NCBI GenBank assembly: GCA_004431415.1 | Contig: QPMI01000222.1 | Location: 1 to 64,000 of the forward strand | Origin: Cyanophora paradoxa CCMP329 | Taxonomy: Eukaryota; Plantae; Glaucophyta | Length of the DNA stretch: 64,000 bases | Reading direction: 5' to 3' | In this document: positions 11,901 to 23,623 of the stretch, piece after piece | Numbering within the stretch: position 1 is the stretch's first letter | Layout of the letters: every line of letters starts with the position of its first letter | Made by a program: the position numbers and the translations under genes | Notes under the pieces: model-generated | The model's input: only the letters and a program-made list of their open reading frames with translations | What the model was told of the DNA's origin: nothing | The model's database searches: none

Positions 11901-13644
11901 CTCGGGGATCCCGGCGTACCCCCCGCCTCGAGCGGCAGCAGCAGCGGGGCCGGCGGCGGCATGTCGGCCTCGCAGCGCGTCGCGGCGGCGCGCGCCCGGG
12001 AGGCCGCTCTCATGCGGGAGCTGGATTCCCTCGTCGGGCCGGGCGGCGGAGCGGGCTCGGGGGCGGGGGGACCGCCCCTGGCCGCTCTCCCGGAGGGACC
12101 CCACGGCCTCGAGATGGAAGAGGAGGAGGGGGCGGCGGGAGGAGAGGAGGAAGGGGGGGAGGGGGGCCCCGCCTCCCCCGCCGCCCGCTGGGGCGGCCCG
12201 CCCCGGCCGTACCCGTACCCCTCCCCGAGCGCCGCCGCCGCCAACCCCGCCGCCGCCGTCCGGCGCTCGAACGGCAGCTCCGTCGCGTCCTCCATCGAGG
12301 TACCCCTCTCCTTCCCTTTCCCGTCTCGCGCTTCTACCCCGTACCCCGGACCGACCGGGGGGTACCGCATTGCAGGCGATGAAGGAGCGCGAGCGGGCGC
12401 TGGGGCGGCAGCTCAAGTCTCTGGGCAAGGGTCGGGGGGATGGCGGGTCGCCCCCCGCCTCCGGCCCCTCCTCCCCCTCCGCCCGGGGGGCCCCCGCCGC
12501 CCCCTTCGCCCCCGTCCCCGCCCCCGTCACCCCCGCCCCCGTCCTCCGCCCCGGCCCCTTCCCCGGCCCCGCCCCCGCCGCCCCGCCAGCCTTCGCTTCC
12601 CCTTACCCCCCGGCCCCGGTGCGCCCGCCGGTCGGTCGCGCCGCCCCCGCCCCCGCGCCCAGCCGACCTCGCGCAGCGTACCCCCCTCAGCATCCCGTCG
12701 CCGTCATGCCGTCCTACTTCGGCCCGCAGCCGGTGTACCCCGGGTGGGCCGCGCCCTCCCCCGTCTCCCGCCCCCCGCGCCCCTTTTCGAGCCCCACCCG
12801 TGCAGCGCCGCGCCGCCGTCGCCGCTGCGAATGGCGAGCCTCGCTGGAAAGGAGTCGAAGCGCGGGGCCAGGAAAGGAAAGGGCCCCGCCCCCGGCCAGG
12901 GCCCCAGAAAGAAGGTGCGCGCCGCGTACCCCCCCGTTTCCTGCCCGGTACCCCGTTCGAGCGCCGGCGCAGAGCCCGGCGCGCGGGGCTGGGGGCCCCG
13001 GTCCGGGGCGGCCCCTCTCGTTCCAGGAGCAGGTCGCCAGTCTCTCCCTCGTCGCCGGACGTGCGTACCCCCCTCATTCTTCCCCCCCCCCCCCCCCTTT
13101 TCTTCTTCCTGACCCGCCTCGCAGCGGGCGGCTTGCAGGTCCTGGATATGCGACAGGCCCCCGGGGGCCAGGCCCCGGCCTCCTTCCCGGCCTACCCGCC
13201 CGGCCCCGCCCCGGGCGGCGCCCCGGGCCCTGCCCCGCGGCCCCCTCCGAACCCGGCGTCCTTCCGCGGCGGGCCGCCGGCGCCGGCGCCGGCGATGCAG
13301 CCGCCCACTACCCTCTCCGTTCCCGCATTCCTCATGGGTGCGTGTACCCCCCTTGGCTGGCCACCCCCCAGCGGGCCGGAGGAGCGTCGCCGTCGCCGTC
13401 GGTCGAATCCGCGCCGCAGGGAACAGCCCGGACTACCTGACTCGGCACGAGCGGCTCATCGTCGACCTTCAGGTACATCTACGTACCCCGACCACGTGCT
13501 GAACGATGTACCCCCCTGACCGTCCGGCCCGCGGCGCAGGCGGCGCGGGTGCGGGAGCAGCAGGAGATGGTGGAGATGCGGCGGAAGATGAACGCCTGGC
13601 TCCAGGCCGCCGGTGTGGCGCCGGTGGCCCCCGGGCGGGGGTAG
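8909..13644 (+). CDS. KIF12: Kinesin, KIF12/kinesin-16-like, with long Pro/Gly/Ser-rich tail (~20 introns)
   Basis: Spliced motor: VRVVVRIRP, QEELFDSCGV, FAFGQTGSGKT, YLEIYNEQVRDLL, VRW-GFHV, SHELNKDSNRSH, GKIAFVDLAGSERLK, INKSLFTLGKVI, PFRESKLTKLLIDSLGG, ESLRSLQFAARAANIRNR, then coiled coil. Tail exons and subfamily are less certain. Confidence 0.88.
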
Positions 13645-14091
13645 ATATAGGCCTCCAACCTCCCCGCGATGTACCCGCCGTCGCGCTGTCTGAGCCTGTC
13701 TCATGCACCGTCTCTCATGATGATCATGATCACGCACGCCGCTGACGTGACAGTGGCGTCGTTTTGCACCCCACGCGACGGGCAGTATTATTGCCAGTAC
13801 TAGTATAGCGTCGGGCACGCGTGTCGAGCGAACTTACGGAAGCGACGTCGACGGTCGGACGACGGACGATTGATCAAAATCGCGACATCGATATCAACAA
13901 TTATACCGAGTTTATACGCAAGCTTGAATCGCGATTCGGAATTGGACGTCAATGTCTGAATTGCGATTGGTCAAAATTTGGAGCCTCCGTGACATGTAAC
14001 TTGATCAGTCTTGATGTAAGGCCGTATACCCCCTCGGCCAGCGAAGCGACAGGCCCGGCCGTCGCCGTCGAGCTCGTGATCGCTTCGCGTA

Positions 14092-14353
14092 CCGTGTGGC
14101 ACTAAATTACCGCGGCATAAATTACCGCGTTAGAAACTCCGGCCCGAGGGTGGCCAAAATACCGCGGTACCAAATTACCGCGTTTTAAAAAACTCGAGGC
14201 TTGTATGGGGCGGGTATTCGGGGGGGTACTGTATGGGGTGACTTCACAGAAGCGAATTACAGCGGGACCAAATTACCGCGTTTTAACAAATTCTCGACGC
14301 GGTAATTTGGTACCGCGGTAATTAAGTGGGCGCGGTATTATAGTGCCACACGG
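14092..14353. mobile_element. MITE, Tc1/mariner (pogo-like) type, 262 bp
   Basis: Perfect 13-bp TIR CCGTGTGGCACTA / TAGTGCCACACGG, extending to ~23 bp with 2 mismatches. Flanked by TA on both sides (14090-91, 14354-55). Many internal A(A/T)TACCGCG repeats in both orientations; no ORF. Confidence 0.85.
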
Positions 14354-14739
14354 TATTCGAATTCTGTACATGTTTCGTGCGCTGGCGCGCCGCGGCTCGT
14401 CTGTAGTGCTGAAGCGAAGGCTGAAGCGCTGGCAGCGCTGCACGCGTACCAGCTACCGCCGCCTACCGGTAGACTGCGGTAGTATACGTATCTGAGAAGA
14501 AATCTCCAAGTTCTGCAACTGCAAGTTCTGCCGCAGTGCAACTGCAGCAGCTGCCAGCTGCGCATGCGCAGGCTGCAGGCTGCAGCTACCGTAGTACCGC
14601 CTACAGCGCTGCGGCGTCAGCAGCTGAGCGCCAAGTCGCCGCCATCCCGCAGCTGGCAGAATCATCACAAAGTAATTGCTCCCATCTAGCCTAGGCCTAG
14701 GGCGTCACCCCGGCGACTTGCCGGCCAGCCAGCCGCGGG

Positions 14740-16609
14740 ATGGGCGGGGCTGCGAGCAACCCCGTCCAAAGGCTTCCAGCCGACGAGGGGCAGGCGCCGC
14801 GGCGGTCGGCGCGATGGGGCGGAAACCTGCGGAAAGCCTTCGGGCTCCCCGACCGGGACGAGTCGGCCTCCCTGCAGTTCGTCGACATGTCGGGAAAGCC
14901 GCGGCGCCTGCGCGTGCGGCGCGGCTTCGACGGCCGCCACCGCGTCGACTCTGGTGCGACCCGAGGCGGCCGGCCCGCCGCAGCGCCGCGCGGCCAACCG
15001 CGCCCCGCGCCCCGCAGGGACGTGGGGCGACTTGCTGGCGACCCTGGCGAGGGACCACGGCGTGAGCTTTGAGGCGATGGCGCGGGCGTGCACGAGTGTC
15101 GAGGCGGCCCGCGCTGTGCTCCTCTCCGGCATCTTCCAGCCGGCGGCCGCGGACGCCATGCCGGACCGGCCGTCGGCGCCGCTGGCCATGCGCCGCCTCC
15201 AGCGTGGGGCGCTCGAGGCGAGGCGGCCGGAGGCCGCGGCGGTGGTTGGGTGCGCCCCGCCCGCCCGGCCCGCGCTAAGCGTGGCGAGCGCGCCTCACCG
15301 CGCGCGCGCCGCGCCGCCGCCGCAGGCCGCCGCCGCCGCAGCCGCAGGAGCCCGCCAAGAAGGTCGAGCGGTTCGCGAGGCTCTCGGTCGCGCTTCCGCA
15401 CGAGCTCTCGGCGCCCTCCACTGCGCCCTCCACGGCGCGCTTCGACCCGGAGGTGGGTCCCGCCCCCCGCCCGCCCGCCCGCCCGCCCGCCCTTGGATCG
15501 TGGCCAAGGCCCCGCAGGCGGACGCCCGGAGGATCGTGGCCAAGTCTCGGACCTCAGTGCCGCTCGCGCCCAAGGCAATCCTGGTCTCGCGCTCGCCGAT
15601 GACCTTCTCCCGCCTCCCCGGCGAGATCGGGCCCGGACCCGGCTCCGAGGGCGGCTCGCCCATGTCCTGGGGCTGGGGCCCCGGCTCCGAGGCGGGGGAG
15701 GCCGGCGGCTCGCTCCGCGCCGGAGATGCCGGCGGCTCGCTCCGCGCCGGCTCGGTGTACGGCGGACGGGGCTCCCAGGTCGGGAGCCCCGCGTCGATCC
15801 TCGCGGCGGCCGGCGGGGTCGGAGGCGGCGGCGGGGTGCCGACGCCGCCGCAGGGGGAGCGCGGGGGCGGCCCGTCGGTGCGGACGCTGCGGCTCGCGGG
15901 ACGCCTCTCTTCGGGCAGCTCGCAGGCAGGCTCGCCCAACTCGGGGGCCGCCTGGGCGGCCGCCGGCGCCGGCGGCGGCGGCGGCTTCGGCGCCCTTGCT
16001 TCGTTCGTCATCGACGACGAGCTGCCCCGCTCGAGCTCCGGCGTCACATCGCCCCAGGGGCCCGCGCCCACCGCCCCCGGCAGCTCGGGGAGCCTCGGCG
16101 GCAGCCTCCGCGTCGCCGCGCCCCCCTCCAACGGGCTGGCCGGGCTCGCGGCCGCCGCGCTGGGGAGCCCCGACGCGGCCGAGGGCGAGGGGGGGTACAG
16201 GAACCGCGCGGCGTCGCTGCGGCTGCCGGCCGTCGCGGGGGGCGCCCTCGCCGCCGTCCGCTCGCTCTCGCACGAGAACATACCCCTGCTGGCGGTCCAG
16301 GCGGGGGAAGGAAGCCCGCGGCTGGTCGACGCCTCCGCCTCCGCCTCGCAACGCTCGATCACCTCCCTTCCGCTCCTCTCGCGGCCCTCGGCGGCACAGG
16401 CGCCGCCCTCTCCCGAGGGGCAGCGCTCCCGCTCAGAGGCCGATCTGGGCGGGCGCCGCCCCGGCTCCCGCTTCGGGGGCCTGGGCCTAGCGAACCTTGT
16501 GCCGGAGTCGCAGGCGGACGGCGGCGCCGCCCCCCCCGCCTCCGCCCCCAGCGCCGGCGGCGGCTTCCTCCTCCCCAAGCTGCCCCCGCAGCCGCGCCTG
16601 AGCTACTAG
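14740..16609 (+). CDS. Hypothetical Ser/Gly/Ala-rich protein with N-myristoylation motif
   Basis: Start MGGAAS (MGxxxS). Intron ~14954-15017 joins it to the long ORF ending at 16609. Further introns are likely. Confidence 0.55.
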
Positions 16610-17934
16610 CTTAACCGCGGCCGTAGTAGCCCGTGCAGACTACTTTCCCGCGCTTGTTTCTCTTCTTTCCAGCCCGGTACTACGGTAGTTTCAACAGTCA
16701 TCACTCGCGATCGCGATCACAGAGATCTTTCATTTCAGTGCCCTTTTCGCATTCTTACAAGTTGCAGCTCCGGCGCGCCATGTCGTATCCATGTCTGCGC
16801 GCTCGTTTCCTGTATCATTAAACTCGTCTTGTATTTGTAGGCAGGCGCCACCCACTGTGGGACAAACTATTTAGCGTATATTTTAGCATCCGCCATATTC
16901 TCGGGCGCTGTTTCGTGTATTGTACTACGGTAGCACATGCATCCCATCCTCCCCGATCCTTCACCGGACTCCGGGACCAGCAGTACTATAGCTAGTTGTG
17001 AGTTTTCTATGAAGCCCGCCATAACAGCCCGTCTTTCTGTTGAATCTATTAAACCCGCCACTGCAGCTGGGCTCTCCAGCGCGTGTGCAGGATCCCGGGG
17101 GCATGCGCATGTGCCGCGATCATGAGCGAGCAAACATGAACAAGGAGCGCGTGATTTCGAAGGTCACTGCGGGCCAGGCGGCCGGCCATGGCCCAGTGGC
17201 TTATAAGCTTGCATGCCGCGGCCGGCGCGAGCTCGCGAATCGCGATCGAGGCAGCAGCGGGCCGCGCCGGCCGGGCGGGGCCGGGACGCCCCTGCAGCTG
17301 ACCCATCCGGATCCCTCCCTCCCTCCCTCCCTCCGCGTCGACATGAACGTCAACGCCCGAGTTCAGCAGCTGAATTCAAATCGTATGTTCGGAAGCAGGG
17401 CGGCAGGGCGCCGCGCGAAGCTTAAGCGGGCTCGCGCGCGCGCGCGGGCCAGGGAGCCCAGGAGGGACGTACGCGTCAGGGCGCCGACGACATGGCCACG
17501 GGTCCATGGCCGGGCCACGGCCACGACCCGAGGACGACGCCGACTGGGCTAGACCGCCCAAGGGGCCGCGCGCCCCCGGGCCCGGCGCTAGCTATAGACC
17601 TCGACCGTCGGACGGATACCGAATTCGAGGCCATAGAGCGTCGCCGGCGCGCCGCGCGCGCGCATACGTCTGCTGTCCCGCCCGTCGTTTAGCAAGGGCG
17701 CCAGTCCCGGGCCCGAGCCCTGGCCGAAAGCTGCAGCGGCCGGCGCCTCCGATTCCGAACGATAAACCCCCGGGCGCGGGCGGCGCGGGCGGCGCGGCGG
17801 GGCGGAGGAGTTGAAACTACATTTAAAACAATTGTGCGAGATGTGGACTGGGCATGATGTGGGAGGAGCGCGGGAGGGTGGAGCGGCGTGCGGGGGGCGG
17901 CCGCGGCCGCGGGAGGCGCCTGAGGGGAGTCTAC

Positions 17935-18400
17935 TCACGAGGAGGGCGCATCCTCGGGCTTGTGCGTGGCTTTCCGGTACAGCTGGTAGAGCCCGGTGGC
18001 GCCGACGAACAGGTTGACGGTGAGCAGGTTGTAGTTGACGGGGATGATCTGCGTCGAGTAGCGCGCCCAGATGATGCCGGTGCTCGCCAGAGCGACCTGC
18101 TGCGGCGTCGACACTTTCTCCACAGGCCGGTTCAGGTCCGCCAGGCCGGCGATGACGAGCGCCCACTTCATGGCGGGCGCCCAGAAGAAGATCGTCCTCG
18201 GACCTGCGCGGGCCGCCGCAGCACACGCCGAGTCAGCCGTCGCGAACTGGCCGAAGGGATGGCTCGGGCCCGATGGGGCGCACGCGGCCGCCCGCGCGCG
18301 GCCGGGAACGGACTGGCAGGCGAGCCCGACACATGGCAGGAATCGACTCACCGGCCGGGTGCTCGAGGAACTGCTTCCACTTGCCGCTGATGGCCGCCAT
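17935..18400 (-). CDS. MPC2: Mitochondrial pyruvate carrier subunit 2
   Basis: MAAISGKWKQFLEHPAG|PRTIFFWAPAMKWALVIAGLADLNRPVEKVS...TGIIWARYSTQIIPVNYNLLTVNLFVG; one intron. Confidence 0.95.
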
Positions 18401-18518
18401 CGCTGCTCGGTGCCGCCTTCGCAGGAGTCGCGTACCCCTCAGTTTGCGGCGGCCTTCGTCTCCCAGCGCGAACGAGTCGTCGCGAGGTCGTTCAGCGCGA
18501 GGAGAGCGATCCAGCGGG
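18401..18518. promoter_or_regulatory. Putative bidirectional promoter MPC2 / Nei
   Basis: 118 bp between divergent ATGs. Confidence 0.6.
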
Positions 18519-20910
18519 ATGGTTGAAGGGTCCGCTCCGTCTCTCCGTCCTGCCGTCCCGCTAGCGCTCGCCGCTGCTCGAGAAGACTGGCTGAATCCGA
18601 TTCGCTCGCAGAAATTCGATGTGCGTGATAAAGCCCCACAGCAACGGCCCCGCCGTGCAGCGCGCGCTGGGCGCCGGCGTCGCGTGCTCCCCGCGTGCCG
18701 CGACGAACGGCGCCCTGGCGCACCGGGGCCGGATAGCGCGTTCATGATTTAATAGAAAGCTGATGGGCATCGCACACGATCGCAGCCACCGGCTGGCGAA
18801 GGCGCACCGCGAGAAGCTCGTCGGGAAGCTTTTCAAGGCGACCTCGCCGAACGGCCGCTTCGCCGAGGGCGCCAGGCAAATCGATGGGAAGGCAAGCGCC
18901 CCGGATTCGCTTTCGGCCCTCGTACGCGCGTGCGGCGTGACGCGCCGGCAGGTGCTGGAGGGCATCGAGCCGCACGGGAAGAATCTGTTCTACTTCTTCC
19001 GCGGGAAGGCCGACGCGAAGCCCGTCGTCGTGCACATCCATTTCGGTGCGCTCGCTTCGCGCCGCGCCTCTGCCGCGCCCCCGTCGCGCCGCCCACGCAC
19101 CCGCCCGTGCACGTAGGCATGTCAGGCCGCTTCGTGGTGCCTCCAAGATCTGACCAAGCTAAGGGGATAAGCGGCCGCCGCCTGAACGCGTCAGCGCAGG
19201 TGAACGCGCCGCCGGGGCCAGAGGTAAAGCCGACGACGCGGCTGCGGCTCGAAGGCGCAGACGTCGTCGCCGACCTCTCCGCAATGACCTGCCAGCACGG
19301 CGGGCCCGGTGCGCCCGTACCCCCCTGCCCCCCTCCCGCCAAGAGATCGCGCGCATGTACCCCCGCCGAGGTCGGTCACTCGCCCCTCCAGAGTTCTACG
19401 AGGAGCAGCGGAGGAGGCTGGGGCCCGACCCCCTTCGCGACGACGGTACCTCCCTAGAAGGCGCCGGCCTCGCCGTACCCCCCTCACGGGTACCGGCGCG
19501 TCGCAGCGGACAAGGAGCTTCTTTGGGACCGCATGCGCTCCGCCCGGGGCGCCCCCGTCGGGAAGGCCCGTACCCGCCCCCCTCCACTTCCCCCCCGCTC
19601 ATTCCTGAGTCGCGTACCCCCAGGTCATTATGGATCAGTCATGCGTGGCGGGTATCGGAAACATCTACCGCGCAGAGATCCTGCTCGTCGCCGGTTCGCG
19701 TACCCCCCCCCCCCAACCCCTCGCTCCTTTTGACTTTTGCTCCCAGGGGTACATCCGGACCAGAAGGCTACTACTGTACCCCGGGAAGCCTTTGAGCGAA
19801 TCTGGGACGCCTCCTGCCGCCTCCTCCGGGTACGCGATTCCCGTCCTATCCTCCCTCTCCCCCTCCCCCTCCAAGCCTTCGACCTCATACCTTCCTCCCC
19901 CGGGCAGCTCGGCGTCATCGCGGGGTACGTATTCGAATCGATTTGCTTCTTTTGCCTGTTCTTACCCTGATCCCGCCCCGCCCCGCCCCGCCCCGCCCCG
20001 CCCCGCCCCGCCCCGCCCTCGCTCTGACCCCCTCAGGGCCATTATCACTCGGTGCGGGGCCCCCCCTCCCCCGCCCCCCCCACCTCCTACCGCCCCAGCC
20101 AACCGTCCGGCAGGGACCCCCGCGAGCTGGGAAAGACGTTGCGCCAGGTTCGCCCGGGCCGGGTTCGGCGCTGGCCGCAGAGCGCTAGCGAGCGAGCTGA
20201 CAAGCGCAGCTGCGGGGCCCCGAGCGGCGCTACGTGTACAACCACGCCGCCTGCGGCCGCTGCGGGGGACCCGTGCGCCCTTTGAGAAGAGAATGCGTAC
20301 CCGTCTTTCTCGCCCGGCGTGAACCCTCGCCCCGCCTTCCGGCAGGTGACGACGTGGCCGATCGCGGGGCGCACGGCCTACGCCTGCGCCCGCTGCCAGG
20401 TGCGTCGAGCTGCGTGTACCCGTCCCAGAACGATTTGATCTGATCCCTCCCTTCCCGCGCAGCCGCTGGACCCGGCGGAGGCGGCGGGGACGGCCAAGAA
20501 GGCCGCCGCGCACGCCCCGCGGGCCCGCGGGCGACGGCAGTCGAAGAAGGAGGGGAAGGAGGCCGGCGGGGAGGGGGAGGGGGATGAGGCCGATTCGGAG
20601 GCGAGCCCCGCCCCTTCTCCTCCGCCGCCGCCGCCGCCAGCGCCTCCGGAGCTAGACTACCCCGGCCTAGGCCCCGGCCTAGAGGGCTTGCACCCCCTCC
20701 TCTCATCCCCTCCGCTCCCGCTAGCGTCTGAGCGCCTCTCATCGGGGGCCGCCGCCGCCGCCGCCGCCGCCGCCAAGCTAGAGTACCCCGGCCTAGTTCT
20801 AGGCCCGGGTGGCCTGGGACCTCCCGGGTACCCCCAGCGCCTCCGGTCGGCCCGGCCCGGGGCTAGAGTGGCCCCGCCCCCTTCGCTCCTGCGAACCTCT
20901 TAGCGCCTCT

Positions 20911-20944
<34 letters not shown>

Positions 20945-23190
20945 TCCTCCTCCTCCTCCGGGCCCGGGGTCCGGGCCCTTGGGGCTGGCTCTGACGGGCG
21001 GGGCGGGCGGGGCGGGCAGGGCGGGTCCGGGGGCGAAGAGGAGGGCCCCTTCGGGGGGCGGGAGGGGGACCCCGACGCGCGCGCCGCCGCCGAGGGCCTC
21101 TTCATCCGGTGCGCCCCCGGCCCGGCCCCGGCCCCCGCGGAATCCATAGATTCCCCATATAATCCTAGCTCGGGCCTCCATAGATGCACTCTAGAGACGC
21201 AGCGGCCCCGGCCCCGGCCCCGGCCCCGGCCCCGCCCCGCCCCGCCCCGCCCCGCCCGGCTTTGGAATCCATTAACTCCCTGGCGTCTCTTCGCATCCTC
21301 CGCTTTCTCCCGGCCCCTCTCTAGATCGGCGCCCCGGCCTCCATAGACTCTAAGAGGCGCGGCGCCATCGCCGTCGCCTACGCCGGCGCCTGTCCTGTTC
21401 TGTTCTGACCGGCTCCATAGATTTCCATAGATTTCAGAGGCCCCTAGCCTGCGCCCTGTTCTGTCCTGTTCTGTTCTGTTCTGACCGGGGCGGCAGGGCG
21501 GGGCTCGAGGTGCACGCGGACGCCAACACGGGCGACGGCCGCCCCTTCGAGGCGCGGAGCCTCCCCGACATCCCCAGGCTCGATGGGGAGGAGGCGGAGA
21601 AGCTGAAGAAGGAGGAGGAGGAGGTGAGCGCTGCCGTGTGGCGGGCTAGGCGGGTTCGTGTGTTTGGGCCGGTCTGGGCTGAAGCACTGGCCGGGGGGTG
21701 GGGCGGCAGGAGGCGGGGGAGCCGACCACGCCGCGGGCGGCGGGGCGGGCGGCCCCCGGGGCGGAGGCGGCTGCCGCGGCGGCCCCGCCGCGCACGCGCG
21801 CCCGGGCGCGGCGCGCCGGCGCCGGCAATGCGGCGTCCCCAGAGGAGGAGGGCCGCCGGCGACGGGTCAAGGAGGAGGAGGAGGAGGAGAAGGAGGAGGA
21901 GAAGGAGGAGGAGGGCGGGAAACCGGTCGCGAGGGGCCGCGGGGGCGCAGGAGGCGCTTCCAAGCGGCGGGCGCGGGCGAAGGGCGTGGAGGACGACCGC
22001 GAGGCGGGGGAGGGGGAGGCGGGGGAGAATTCGAAGAGGCCCAGGACCAGGATTCAAGGAAAAAGCAGATCATGAAGCTGAAGGATTTATTAAATCAAGC
22101 TATAAGTCAGGATTAACAGGACGTCGGCCAAGGGCCGCGGGGCCGGGGCCGGGGGAGGCTGCAGCTGGGCGGCCGAGATTTTAGGTGAAAGGGCAGTGGA
22201 GAGCACTAGGCGTGCCCGCGGAGGCGGGCGGTGTCCCCTCTAGCCGTCCCGGAGATCGCGCAGCGCGCGAACACGGACCGTGGCCTGGTCGGTTCCCCGA
22301 CCAAGGGCCGCGGGGCCGGGGCCGGGGGAGGCTGCGGCTGGGCGGCCGAGATTTTAGGTGAAAGGGCAGTGGAGAGCACTAGGCGTGCCCGCGGAGGCGG
22401 GCGGTGTCCCCTCTAGCCGTCCCGGAGATCGCGCAGCGCGCGAACACGGACCGTGGCCTGGTCGGTTCCCCGACCAAGGGCCGTCGACCAAGGGCCGGGG
22501 GAGGCTGCGGCTGGGCGGCGGGCGACGGCGACGGCGGCTCCCACTGCGCCGACGGCGGCCCCGCGGTGCGCCCCTTCGGGCCTGGGCTTCCGAATTGAAA
22601 GAGAACGCGAGGAGCAAGAGCTTTATAATTAGGAGATCTAAATTAAATGAGATCTAAATTAAAGAAGATCTCTGTAAAGGCTTTAGGAGGAGCAAGAGCT
22701 TTAAATCTAAATTAAAGGAGATCTCTGTGAAGGCTAATGATCAGCCACTGACAGCCCATATTGAGAGAGAAAGCGAGGAATTCGAAGAGGAGACCTAGAT
22801 CTAAAGGCGATTTGAAGGCTCATGATCGGACCATGATCGGCCGCGGTGCGCCCCTTCGGGCCTGGGCTTCCGAATTGAAAGAGAACGCGAGGAGCAAAGA
22901 GACCTGGATCTAGAGGCGATCTCTTTGAAAGGCTTACGATCAGCCACTGACATGTACAGATCTAGAGTTTGAAAGAGAAAGAGGCGAAGAAGATACCTAG
23001 CTATAGATGTAAAGGCTCATGGTCAGCGTCTCATGATCGGATCATGATCGGCCCCTGATCATGACTCAATAATTTGGGCGCGCGCGTTCGAATTCGTGCG
23101 CAGGCCCAGGCCCGCTTCCGGGCGCTGCTGGAGGAGGAGGGGAAGGAGGCCGCCATCCTCGGCCTCCTCGCGCCCCGCCCCCGCCCCTGA
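18519..23190 (+). CDS. Fpg/Nei family DNA glycosylase with Val N-terminus and acidic C-terminal extension
   Basis: MVEG|NSI|HRLAKAHREKLVGK...SPNGRFAEGA, HGKNLF, HFGMSG, H2TH MDQSCVAGIGNIYRAEIL, zinc finger YVYNHAACGRCG...YACARCQ. Exons after 20600 and the stop at 23188-23190 are less certain. Confidence 0.85.
22128..22515. repeat. 173-bp tandem repeat (~2.2 copies)
   Basis: CCAAGGGCCG at 22128, 22301 and 22474, with near-identical intervening sequence. Confidence 0.95.
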
Positions 23191-23587
23191 GCAGTTGCAA
23201 TTGTCTTCCTTCTTGTAATTATAATTAGTTATGGACTTCGAATTCCTTATATTAGTTGACGCTGGGACTTATATAGTTCTTCCTTATATAATTAGTTATG
23301 GACTTCGAATTCGGGCGCTCCTGGACCCCCGCCCCTGATCAGGTGTCTTCCTTATAACTAGTTATGGATCGGACTTCGAATTCCTTAGTTGACGTTGGAA
23401 AGGCTCGAAATTAATCTCGGCCTCCTGGCTCTCCTCGGCTGTCCTCGGCCTCCTGGCGCCCCGCCCCCGCCCCTGATCGTGATCAGGTATCCTCCTTAGT
23501 TATGGACTTCGAATTCGAATTCCTTAGTTCGTTGGGAAAGCCTTTTAAGCTCGAAAGCAATCTAGATACGGCCATCCTCGGGCTCCT

Positions 23588-23595
<8 letters not shown>
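23150..23595. repeat. Degenerate ~140-150 bp tandem repeats of the last-exon end, stop codon and 3' UTR
   Basis: CGCCCCTGA ends at 23190, 23338 and 23476. TAGTTATGGA(CTTCGAATTC) recurs, and GCCATCCTCGG recurs at ~23571. Confidence 0.8.

Positions 23596-23623
<28 letters not shown>

Noticed and set aside
14100-14340. Short repeats AATTACCGCG with spacers, superficially CRISPR-like
   Set aside because: Repeats are ~10 bp, irregularly spaced, in both orientations and enclosed by TIRs. No cas genes; eukaryotic context.
16860-17140. AT-richer intergenic segment with short ORFs
   Set aside because: No recognisable domain, splice pattern or terminal repeats. Possibly a decayed element but unsupported.
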